Part shown: piece after piece, positions 28,624-36,921 of the stretch
Position numbering within the stretch: the stretch's first letter is position 1
Layout of the letters: each line of letters opens with the position of its first letter
NCBI GenBank assembly: GCA_016198325.1
Contig: JACQIV010000015.1
Coordinates: 1,423 to 65,422, forward strand
Direction: 5' to 3'
DNA: 64,000 nt
Source of the DNA: Candidatus Curtissbacteria bacterium
Lineage (GTDB): Bacteria; Patescibacteriota; Microgenomatia; Curtissbacterales; GWA2-41-24
Notes under the pieces: generated by a model
Told to the model about the DNA's origin: nothing
What the model saw: only the letters and a program-made list of their open reading frames with translations
The model's database searches: none
Program-made: the position numbers and the translations under genes

Positions 28624-29580
28624 ATGAACTGGGTTGATCTTGTAATTTTATTAGTTGTATTTATATTTGCCCTGGAAGGCCAAAGACGCGGATTTTTTGC
28701 CCAGCTCATAGACATTTTAGGCTTTTTTACCTCACTCGTTGCGTCTTTGCTTTTTTATCCCTTTTCTGCACAAGCCCTGATTAAGCTCTTTTCCTTACCC
28801 AAAATTGCCGCATTGCCAATCGGATTTTTACTGATTTGGGTAATTGTCGAAATAATATTTTTCACCTTTTTCGAAAAAATATTCCGAAAAACACTTTTCG
28901 TTTTCAGCGCAACGAAAGTTAACCGTCTGCTTGGATTTGCACCTGCTACCGCAAATGCGCTACTTTTTCTTTCATTCGCGTTACTATTTGTAGTTTCACT
29001 TCCGATTAGGCCAGATATAAAAAAGGATGTTTTTGATTCTAATGCCGGATCAAAGCTTATAGATTATGCCGGAATTTTAGAAAGGCCCCTAAATAACATT
29101 TTTGGCCCGATTGCCAAACAAGGTTTAACTTTTTTGACGGTAAAACCTGAAGAAAAAGGGTCTATCAACCTGGAATTTAAACAAAACGAGCTTCGGGTAG
29201 ACACGGAAGCGGAAAAAAGAATGTTTGAACTTGTTAATGAAGAAAGGGCAAAAGTCGGCGTGAGATTGCTTGTTTGGGACGAAAGCTTAGCAAATGTCGG
29301 AAGAAAACATTCGGAAGACATGTTTAGGCGCGGCTACTTCTCCCATTATTCATCGGAAGGGAAAGATGTTGGGGACAGGCTCGCGGAAAACGGCATAGGA
29401 TACACGTTGGCCGGGGAAAATCTGGCTCTGGCACCGGACGTTTCGCGTGCCCACACAGGACTTATAAACAGTGAAGGTCATAGAAGAAATATCCTTGATC
29501 CCACGTTTAAAAAATTAGGAGTAGGCGCACAGGATGGCGGAATTTACGGAAAAATGTTCACACAAGTATTTACAGATTAA
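28624..29580 (+). CDS. CvpA (colicin V production)-CAP/SCP domain fusion protein
   Basis: MNWVDLVIL...GQRRGF N-terminus; HSEDM, YFSH, AGENLA, SEGHRRNIL. Confidence 0.88.
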   Translation: MNWVDLVILLVVFIFALEGQRRGFFAQLIDILGFFTSLVASLLFYPFSAQALIKLFSLPKIAALPIGFLLIWVIVEIIFFTFFEKIFRKTLFVFSATKVNRLLGFAPATANALLFLSFALLFVVSLPIRPDIKKDVFDSNAGSKLIDYAGILERPLNNIFGPIAKQGLTFLTVKPEEKGSINLEFKQNELRVDTEAEKRMFELVNEERAKVGVRLLVWDESLANVGRKHSEDMFRRGYFSHYSSEGKDVGDRLAENGIGYTLAGENLALAPDVSRAHTGLINSEGHRRNILDPTFKKLGVGAQDGGIYGKMFTQVFTD

Positions 29581-29698
29581 TAAACTAAAAAAGATTAATC
29601 TGTAAATATCCCGAGCTTGTCGAGGGATCACCGATTAGCAAACACTCCGGACTTGTCGAGGGATCACAAATCAGTTCTTCATGCAGTTTAATCTGTAA
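29567..29698. repeat. Terminator-like 14-bp inverted repeat plus two REP-like palindromes
   Basis: TATTTACAGATTAA/TTAATCTGTAAATA (29567-29608); cttgtcgagggatcac at 29616 and 29652. Confidence 0.6.
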
Positions 29699-29702
29699 GA
29701 TT

Positions 29703-30947
29703 TTAGCCCGAAGAGCGCAAGAAGTTTAGTCTAAACGTTTTATCCCCGAAGTACCCATTCACTTCCGGCCTGATTATATTTGTCCCAAGTAGTTGTGCCG
29801 GATACACCGCATAGTCTCCCCAAACAAGATTTACTTTATCCATAGCGTCAATCAATTTTTCTCTTCTTAAATCGGAAGACAGAAGGGGAGTGGGCAAGTA
29901 CTCTTTTTTTGTAAGCATTGAAAGGGTTATTCCGCAAAAACGAACGTATTCCCCCCTCCAGGTTTCTGTCAGTCGAAGACAAATATCAAAAAGATCCCGG
30001 CCGTCGTCAAGATAATGCTTAAGAGTGATATGTCGCCAAAAGTGATTCTCTGCACCCCGCAAGGCAATGCCTACATACCTGCCCGCCATCTTCATCCGTC
30101 TTGCTTTGGCTGCTGCTTCCTCGCAAAGGTTCCTGATTAACCTTTCAATTTCTTCCTTTTTATATAAATTACGGTGGGTGGTATAAGTCCGACCAACACT
30201 CTTAGCATCAGCAAGCGAGTGAAAAGAATTAACAGGTGAACCGTCGATTCCCCTGGCCAGGTTATATAGATGAGGTCCCCAGAACGGGCCAAAATTGGAA
30301 ATAAGGTAGGGGAGCGGGCAATTCCTCAATTTTGGGAAATTATCAATGCCGAGTGTCCCAAGATGCCTGCCTAAACCATGTCCGAGCCCCAAAACACCTG
30401 TCAGTTCGCATTTGTCTAAAACCTCAAACACACTTTTTTTATCGATATAAATAAGCCCGTCGTACTTAACCAGGGAGCCGCCAAGTTTTGCCAAAAGTCT
30501 GTTGTGGGAAATTCCGATGGAGCAACTCATCCATTCTCCAACTTCCGACCGAAGCCTTTCTTTGATCTCAAAGGCAATGTTCAAAAATCCCCCAAAAAGC
30601 CTCTCGCTCTCGGTGATATCAATAAAGCACTCATCGAGGGAAAAAACTTCACAGACAGGCGAATATGTTTTGCAGATATTTATAAAACGAAAGGTGATAT
30701 CTTCATATTTATCAAAGTCGGCAGGGACGAGGATAATTTTCGCATAATTTTTTTTGGCCTCATGAACGCTCATTCCTGTTTTTATTCCCAGTTTTTTAGC
30801 CTCCACCGATGTTGCAATTAAACAAGTCCTGCCGGTTGCTTTAATAATTCCCACCGGCTTTCCGCGTAATTTTGGATTTGCCTGCTGCTCGGCAGTTGCA
30901 AAGAAACTATTCAAATCTACATGAAGAATTATCCGTTGACTTTCCAT
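29703..30947 (-). CDS. dinB: Y-family DNA polymerase IV
   Basis: LHVDLNSFFA, SLDECF, SIGISHNRLLAK; little-finger domain. Confidence 0.92.
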   Translation of the reverse strand: MESQRIILHVDLNSFFATAEQQANPKLRGKPVGIIKATGRTCLIATSVEAKKLGIKTGMSVHEAKKNYAKIILVPADFDKYEDITFRFINICKTYSPVCEVFSLDECFIDITESERLFGGFLNIAFEIKERLRSEVGEWMSCSIGISHNRLLAKLGGSLVKYDGLIYIDKKSVFEVLDKCELTGVLGLGHGLGRHLGTLGIDNFPKLRNCPLPYLISNFGPFWGPHLYNLARGIDGSPVNSFHSLADAKSVGRTYTTHRNLYKKEEIERLIRNLCEEAAAKARRMKMAGRYVGIALRGAENHFWRHITLKHYLDDGRDLFDICLRLTETWRGEYVRFCGITLSMLTKKEYLPTPLLSSDLRREKLIDAMDKVNLVWGDYAVYPAQLLGTNIIRPEVNGYFGDKTFRLNFLRSSG

Positions 30948-30957
30948 AGTAAAAAAT

Positions 30958-31353
30958 TTATCTCGTCCATTCCTCTATTGCCGGAGAAAAATCAACCTGA
31001 TAAGCCGGAATGCCCAAAGAGATTCCATAATTAGCAGCAACTTCGTATCGCTTTGGCTTCTTACGGTTTATCTTGAAGATTTTGTTTTTGAAGATAATGT
31101 AGTGCCATTTTTCATTTTTAAAATCCGCATACCAAGCAGAACCATGAGAATAATCCAAGGACTTAGACAGAAGATTCGCCGTCTTTTGCGCGTTAATTTC
31201 CTTGATTTTGACGGTGTGAAGTGTCCAATATTTTAGCCATGGAGTTCCATGTTCTTGTGTTACTTCTTCGATTTTGGTCGAAAGAACCTCGACTTTATCA
31301 AGAAGAGATTTATCAAAAAGGCTTTCTTCAATAATGACACCAGCGTAATCCAT
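30958..31353 (-). CDS. Hypothetical protein
   Basis: MDYAGVIIEESL...; ATG 2 nt after the upstream stop, co-oriented with dinB. Confidence 0.7.
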   Translation of the reverse strand: MDYAGVIIEESLFDKSLLDKVEVLSTKIEEVTQEHGTPWLKYWTLHTVKIKEINAQKTANLLSKSLDYSHGSAWYADFKNEKWHYIIFKNKIFKINRKKPKRYEVAANYGISLGIPAYQVDFSPAIEEWTR

Positions 31354-31355
31354 AT

Positions 31356-31625
31356 TCACTCCGTACTCATCACCTTTCTCATCCGCCAAGAGTGCGTGGA
31401 AGTATTATATTCAAGTTCATAATTTGCATTTTCTCCTCTACAAACCAACCCCAAAATTTTTTCATGGCCGACACGCCTGCTGCTTGAAAAAATTAACTTA
31501 TCAAGCCTTATAAGCCGTCGTCTCCAGGAAACAGCAATTGGAAAAATAGAGGTTCCATTAACCGGAGTTTCATCAAAAAAAGCCCACACCTTAATTTTTT
31601 CATTAATTAACACATCACTCGTCAT
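31356..31625 (-). CDS. Small protein leading the dinB cassette
   Basis: 89 aa, FPIAVSWRRR...YELEYN....W; first gene after a consensus-like promoter. Confidence 0.7.
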   Translation of the reverse strand: MTSDVLINEKIKVWAFFDETPVNGTSIFPIAVSWRRRLIRLDKLIFSSSRRVGHEKILGLVCRGENANYELEYNTSTHSWRMRKVMSTE

Positions 31626-31654
31626 ATTTTACGAAGCTTAAGAAGCTAAGATTG

Positions 31655-31683
31655 ATTATAACCGAAGAAAACCCGAATATCAA
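31655..31683 (-). promoter_or_regulatory. Sigma70-type promoter with candidate LexA operator in the spacer
   Basis: TTGATA-17-TATAAT; spacer TTCGGGTTTTCTTCGGT is 15/17 identical to the motif upstream of lexA. Confidence 0.75.
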
Positions 31684-31736
31684 CCGGTCAAACCGGGTAA
31701 TTTTCACCAGAAAGCCATATAATTCGCAAAAAGAAT

Positions 31737-32393
31737 ATGTTCCCTATTCGCGACAGCAAAACATCCGGCTCGTTCCCTTTTATCAATTTGGCAATAATCG
31801 CCTTCAACATATACGTTTTTGGCTTAGAGATCCTAGCTCCAAATTCTCAGCTTTTTGTTAGTCAATACGCCCTTATACCCGCACAGGTTACGCTTTTTAA
31901 CCCAAATACCTGGAAACCATTTTTAACCTCAATGTTTCTGCACGCAGGGTTTTTACACATTCTTTCCAATATGTGGTTTCTTTGGATATTCGGGGATAAC
32001 GTCGAAGCAAAAATTGGCCATATTAAATATTTTCTTTTCTACATATTTTGCGGGGTTATGGCGAGTCTTGCCCAATACATATTTATTACAGATTCTGTTC
32101 TTCCGATGATTGGTGCGTCCGGAGCAATTGCCGGAGTACTTGGCGCATACCTTAAATTTTTTCCAAAAAACTCGGTTGACACATTGGTTCCCGTTTTCGG
32201 CCTGCCTTTAATAATCGCAATTCCGGCATCTGTAATGCTCATATATTGGTTCTTTATCCAAGCTTTCAGTGGTTTTGCAAGCGTGGTAGCAGCGACAACT
32301 TCTGTAGGAGGAATAGCTTATCTTGCCCACGCAGGCGGTTTTGCTACAGGTTATCTTTCTTCACCCTCCTTCTTTTGGCAAAAAAGCAGATAA
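31737..32393 (+). CDS. Rhomboid intramembrane serine protease
   Basis: SMFLHAG, HILSNM, IGASGA, AHAGG. Confidence 0.93.
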   Translation: MFPIRDSKTSGSFPFINLAIIAFNIYVFGLEILAPNSQLFVSQYALIPAQVTLFNPNTWKPFLTSMFLHAGFLHILSNMWFLWIFGDNVEAKIGHIKYFLFYIFCGVMASLAQYIFITDSVLPMIGASGAIAGVLGAYLKFFPKNSVDTLVPVFGLPLIIAIPASVMLIYWFFIQAFSGFASVVAATTSVGGIAYLAHAGGFATGYLSSPSFFWQKSR

Positions 32394-32429
32394 CGTGCAT
32401 AATAGAGGTATAAATCAAAATCTGCTTCA

Positions 32430-33473
32430 ATGCCGGCTTATACTTCTTATAAAAATTACTTAGCCCTTCTTAAGGAAAAAAGCAAACCGCAGTATTTCAA
32501 AAAAAGTCTAAATCTGGTTCTTATAGTTACGGTATTAGCCTTAGGAGTCGTTTCTTCATTAATTATATTGACTGTAAATATCGGCAGAGAAGCCAAATTA
32601 AAAAAAGATTTTGCTCAAACAGCGGTTAATACGTTTACTACCGGCAAAAACACTCTTGCTGATAATTTGGAAAGCTTTCAAATAGCTGGAGCAACAACCA
32701 AATTTCTTGATGAGGTAAAAGAGTCCTCCCAGGCAGCCCAAGGTTATCAGGTTACTATTTCCGAAGAAGATAAAACTATCGCAAAAGCAGAAAATACTAT
32801 ATTACTCCTGGAATCCCAAAAGAGAGATCTTGAAAAACAAACAACTCCTGCGGATCAACAAAAAGTTAAGGAAACCATAATCGAATATTTTAACGAAAGC
32901 ATAAGTGCCCTTACTCAAATCAGGGATGAGCACAAATTTGCCAAGGATTTAATTCTCACGTTAGGTGCTGATTTCTATTTGACAAAATTGACACAGGACG
33001 GTCTTTGGGAACAACAAGACAAAACGAAAGTTATTAATTTTTACAATTCGCAAACAACAGAAGTGCAAAAAACTCAAAGTAAAATAATAATGCTTACCCC
33101 ACCAAGCAATTACCGGTCGTTTTTCAAGCAACAGATTGAATACCTCAAAAGAGTAGAAAACTTATCCCAAAGCATAATCACACTTCTTTCCCAGGAGGAT
33201 TCAAAAGATCCGGACGAAGCAAAACAAATTGAAAAGGCATATCAATTACTACAAACGGCAAAAGAGGAGAGTAACAAGCTTGCAAAAAATCTAATGACAG
33301 AAAGGTTAAGTGCTTTTGAAAAACAGGACAATTTGGCAAAATTTGCCAAAGCTAGAATCTTGGAAAGCGCTATTGAGGACCAGTTGCAAAGTTTGATTCA
33401 GGAAGAGGAATTCAATGCCGCACCAATCATAGAAGCAATAGATAAAATCAAAAATATAATAAGCGTATATTAA
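32430..33473 (+). CDS. Membrane-anchored coiled-coil hypothetical protein
   Basis: 347-aa ORF, one N-terminal TM, helical composition. Confidence 0.7.
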   Translation: MPAYTSYKNYLALLKEKSKPQYFKKSLNLVLIVTVLALGVVSSLIILTVNIGREAKLKKDFAQTAVNTFTTGKNTLADNLESFQIAGATTKFLDEVKESSQAAQGYQVTISEEDKTIAKAENTILLLESQKRDLEKQTTPADQQKVKETIIEYFNESISALTQIRDEHKFAKDLILTLGADFYLTKLTQDGLWEQQDKTKVINFYNSQTTEVQKTQSKIIMLTPPSNYRSFFKQQIEYLKRVENLSQSIITLLSQEDSKDPDEAKQIEKAYQLLQTAKEESNKLAKNLMTERLSAFEKQDNLAKFAKARILESAIEDQLQSLIQEEEFNAAPIIEAIDKIKNIISVY

Positions 33474-33552
33474 ATTCAAATGAAACTTTTTGGGGGGTTT
33501 ACACATACCAAGCAAGCTTTGTTAAAATTACCCAAAGGAGGTGTTTAAATTT

Positions 33553-33765
33553 ATGGATCCTAATGATGCAAATCAAGGTCATGGTATGCCGCAAGGCGAC
33601 CAGCCTGAGCCGACCCAAACTCCTCCAGCACAGGAACCTCCTGCCTCACCTGCGGATGAGCAGCTGCCGCCTCCTGCGCCGGAGACTACGCCTGGGGATG
33701 TGCCAGCTGCTGGCAGTGGGGAACCTGCTCCGGCAGGTAGTCCTACAGACGCTCCCGCCTCTTAA
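33553..33765 (+). CDS. Small Pro/Ala/acidic-rich disordered protein
   Basis: AAGGAGGTG SD upstream of ATG 33553; 70 aa. Confidence 0.65.
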   Translation: MDPNDANQGHGMPQGDQPEPTQTPPAQEPPASPADEQLPPPAPETTPGDVPAAGSGEPAPAGSPTDAPAS

Positions 33766-33821
33766 GTTTCGTTGACAGGTAAGCATAAGAATTTCTATCC
33801 TAGTTATTAGGAGAGTATGTT

Positions 33822-34493
33822 TTGACTTTAGCTGTCTTAAGAACGCATTTCAAAATAGCCATTTTTTTGGGGCTAATTGTGCTTTATGGTTCTGGTGCGT
33901 TCCTTCTTGGTAAGTTGGGCTTACCCGATAATCTTAAGCCCAATAATTCTTCAAAAAAGAATAATTTACTCGAAAGTAAAGTCGACAGACCAATTCCTGC
34001 CACTGATATAACTTCGGCAAAAATAATCCCGGCATCTGTTAAGCAATGCGCAAATTCAACATTAGGTTTTGAAATTGTTTATCCAAAAGATTGGTTCACC
34101 ACGTATTCGTCAGAAGATCAAAAATGCTTATACTTTGCTCCTTATTCGTTTGTTATACCCAATAATCATAACAAGCCTCAAGTTCCGATAACCGTAACAG
34201 TAGAAAACCCCGAAAACTGGTCCATGGCGCAAAAGTTTGCTCAGAACCCAAATGACTTTCAGAATATACTCAAATCCGAAATCCTTAATATTAATTCACG
34301 TCCGGTAAATAAAATGGTTGCAGAAAGTACAGGGGAGGGGTCTCAGCCAAAAGGGTTTAAAAAACTTACATACATGGTGTTTGATCCTAAAATACCACTT
34401 ATTTTAATTTACCAACAGAACGAAGAAAAAGAAGATGTTGGGCAAATGGAAATTATCTTGGAGAGTATGGCATCTAGCCTTACATTTAATTAG
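33822..34493 (+). CDS. Membrane-anchored hypothetical protein (PsbP-like C-terminus)
   Basis: N-terminal TM; GFEIVYPKDW ... MASSLTF pattern. Confidence 0.65.
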   Translation: MTLAVLRTHFKIAIFLGLIVLYGSGAFLLGKLGLPDNLKPNNSSKKNNLLESKVDRPIPATDITSAKIIPASVKQCANSTLGFEIVYPKDWFTTYSSEDQKCLYFAPYSFVIPNNHNKPQVPITVTVENPENWSMAQKFAQNPNDFQNILKSEILNINSRPVNKMVAESTGEGSQPKGFKKLTYMVFDPKIPLILIYQQNEEKEDVGQMEIILESMASSLTFN

Positions 34494-34554
34494 AAAAAAG
34501 AAAAGGCCCCTCTTGCGAGAAGCCCTTCCAAGTCGCTTATCTTGCGATAAGCAA
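34494..34554 (-). ncRNA. Putative stand-alone small RNA (two GCAA-tetraloop hairpins, U-tail)
   Basis: TTGACA (34583-34588)-17-TATAAA upstream; GCTTATC-GCAA-GATAAGC, then GGCTTCTC-GCAA-GAGGGGCC-TTTTCTTTTTT; both neighbours are + strand. Confidence 0.55.
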
Positions 34555-34715
34555 AATACTTTATACTATCCTGCGGAATTTCTGTCAACTACCCAAAATA
34601 CGGCTAAATGCTATACTTTTTAAAAATATATGCGTAAAACTTTTTTTGTACAGACAGAACAAAAGATTGAACTCGATAGGCAAAGAAACTCGAAAGTCGC
34701 GTCCTCGCTATTTTC

Positions 34716-35990
34716 ATGAAGCAGCTCTTGGGAAGAACCGTTTACTCGGTTTCTGAAGTCAATGCCAGAGCAAGACAGGCATTGGAAAATCTTTCATTCT
34801 GGGTCGAGGGCGAAATCTTTTCCCTTAAGGGTATTCACAACCACTACAGATATATATATTTTGACCTGAAAGACCCAACTTCCGGATATAAATTATCCTG
34901 CCTGGTCGAACCGGAAATATTTTTAAACCTAAGCCTTTCGCCACAGGAAGGGGAGAAAGTTTTAGTTTTGGGTAATCTCACGTTATGGGAAAAAGACGGC
35001 AGGTATCAAATGTTTGTTTTTAAAATTGAACAGTTGGGGGAAGGTACTTTAGCCTTGGAACTAGAAGAACTAAAAAACAAACTGGAGGCAAAAGGTTATT
35101 TTAATGTTGAAAACAAAAAAACACTTCCAAGATTTCCACAAAAAATTGCTGTAATTACTTCGGAATTATCCGACGCCTGGCAGGATTTTATGAAACATTC
35201 CGTTGAAAAAGTTCCACTCTCCGTTACCTTCTTCGACGTACTTGTTCAAGGCAATCTTGCAGCGGGGCAAATAAAAGGAGCAATTAAAGAAGCTGACAAA
35301 GAAGGTTTTGACGCAATCGTAATCATCCGGGGTGGCGGGCAACCGGAAGATCTCGCAGCCTTCAATGACGAACTACTTGCGGATTCCATATTTGCCGCAA
35401 AAACTCCAATAATTGTTGGTGTGGGCCACGAAAAGGATGTGACTATCGCTCAACTGGTTGCAGATGTTGCAGCATCTACCCCTACAGATGCTGCCAAAAT
35501 AATTAGTGCAGATTTTATAACGTTAAAAGAACAGCTCGAAAACCATCGCAATCGTATGGCTAGTGTCTATTCATCAACATTTACCAACAATTTCCAATTG
35601 CTTGACATCATTTTTCAGAGGCTGGAAAGACAAAAGGATAAACTTTTAAACATACCCGGGAGATTAAAATTTTTAAGGACAGCCCTTACCATTTCTTATA
35701 ATAATCAAATTGTCAAAAAAGCTGATGACTTATCAAGGCTTAAAACCACACTTGATTCCGTTTGGCACTCAAGTGAAGGAAAATACACAACTAATCTTGC
35801 ATATTTTGAATCTAAATTATCACTACTTTCCCCTCAAAACACCCTCAAGAGAGGCTACAGTATAACGACCACACAAAACGGAAAGATTATAAGAAGTGCG
35901 GAGTCAATTGATGTTGCGAGCAGACTTAAAGTAAAATTTGCAAAGGGTTCCGCTGAAACTAGGGTACTCTCGAAAAATACGGATGGCTAA
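34716..35990 (+). CDS. xseA: Exodeoxyribonuclease VII large subunit
   Basis: WVEGEI, YFDLKD, VQG, IRGGG, VGVGHEKD, STPTDAA, LKRGYSI. Confidence 0.95.
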   Translation: MKQLLGRTVYSVSEVNARARQALENLSFWVEGEIFSLKGIHNHYRYIYFDLKDPTSGYKLSCLVEPEIFLNLSLSPQEGEKVLVLGNLTLWEKDGRYQMFVFKIEQLGEGTLALELEELKNKLEAKGYFNVENKKTLPRFPQKIAVITSELSDAWQDFMKHSVEKVPLSVTFFDVLVQGNLAAGQIKGAIKEADKEGFDAIVIIRGGGQPEDLAAFNDELLADSIFAAKTPIIVGVGHEKDVTIAQLVADVAASTPTDAAKIISADFITLKEQLENHRNRMASVYSSTFTNNFQLLDIIFQRLERQKDKLLNIPGRLKFLRTALTISYNNQIVKKADDLSRLKTTLDSVWHSSEGKYTTNLAYFESKLSLLSPQNTLKRGYSITTTQNGKIIRSAESIDVASRLKVKFAKGSAETRVLSKNTDG

Positions 35991-36174
35991 AGATAATAGT
36001 TTTTCTAAATATATGACAAGACTGGAAGTGATTGTCGCCAGACTGGAAACAGCAGAGCTTGACCTGGAAGAAACAACGGTACTTCTTGCGGAAGGAATGG
36101 AGTTGCACAAAAAGTGTTTAACAAAACTTGAAGCTGCTAAATCTAAAATTGATAAAGTAATTAAGACCAAGTAA
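35983..36174 (+). CDS. xseB: Exodeoxyribonuclease VII small subunit
   Basis: F...MTRLEVIVARLE...LEE...EGMEL; overlaps the xseA end. Confidence 0.85.
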   Translation: MAKDNSFSKYMTRLEVIVARLETAELDLEETTVLLAEGMELHKKCLTKLEAAKSKIDKVIKTK

Positions 36175-36863
36175 TGATCACTGTTCTTCACGGAGAAGAC
36201 GTCGCATCTTCCGATAAGCGGTTAAAAATTATCCTTAAGAATTATTCCCAGAGGACAAAATTATGGTTTCAGCAAAAATCAGACAGCATTAATTTAATTG
36301 AACAGATAAACCAAAGTACACTTTTTGGAGGAGAAAATGTTTACATTTGCCAAAATTATCTTTCACAAAAATTTTTGACCCCAAAACAACTTACCGGAAT
36401 TAATCATGAAACTGTTATCATTTTTTGGGAACAAAAATCATTAAAAAAAACAGATATTTTAAAATTACCTAAAGATGCGAAAATCGAACTGTTCAAGGAA
36501 AAGCAAATAATTTTTTTATTTCTTGATTCAATTTCACCAAATTTGACAAAAACTCTAACTTTCTTAGGTAAAACCGGGGATGAAGATAATGTTGTCTGGA
36601 ACTTAACACAAAGATTTTTAATAATGTTACTTTTAAAACTAGAATTTTCAAAAAGCCAAATAGAAAATTTTACACAAAAAAAGTTACAGGATTGGCAACT
36701 GGACAAAATTTCGTATCAGGCCAGTCTCTTTAATAAAGAAACGCTTTCTGGCATATTTTTCGGCATCCTGAAAATAGATTTTCTTATGAAATCGGGTAAA
36801 ACTGATCTTCCTGCAAAAAATCTTATTGAAATGCTGTTTATCAAGCACCTGAGATCCTCTTAA
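36174..36863 (+). CDS. holA: DNA polymerase III delta subunit-like (short HolA)
   Basis: MITVLHGED, STLFG, IDFLMKSG pattern. Confidence 0.7.
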   Translation: MITVLHGEDVASSDKRLKIILKNYSQRTKLWFQQKSDSINLIEQINQSTLFGGENVYICQNYLSQKFLTPKQLTGINHETVIIFWEQKSLKKTDILKLPKDAKIELFKEKQIIFLFLDSISPNLTKTLTFLGKTGDEDNVVWNLTQRFLIMLLLKLEFSKSQIENFTQKKLQDWQLDKISYQASLFNKETLSGIFFGILKIDFLMKSGKTDLPAKNLIEMLFIKHLRSS

Positions 36864-36921
36864 ATGCTACAATAAAATCACAAACTGCCCACACCAAAAG
36901 TTGCGGACAGTTCGTCTTTTG

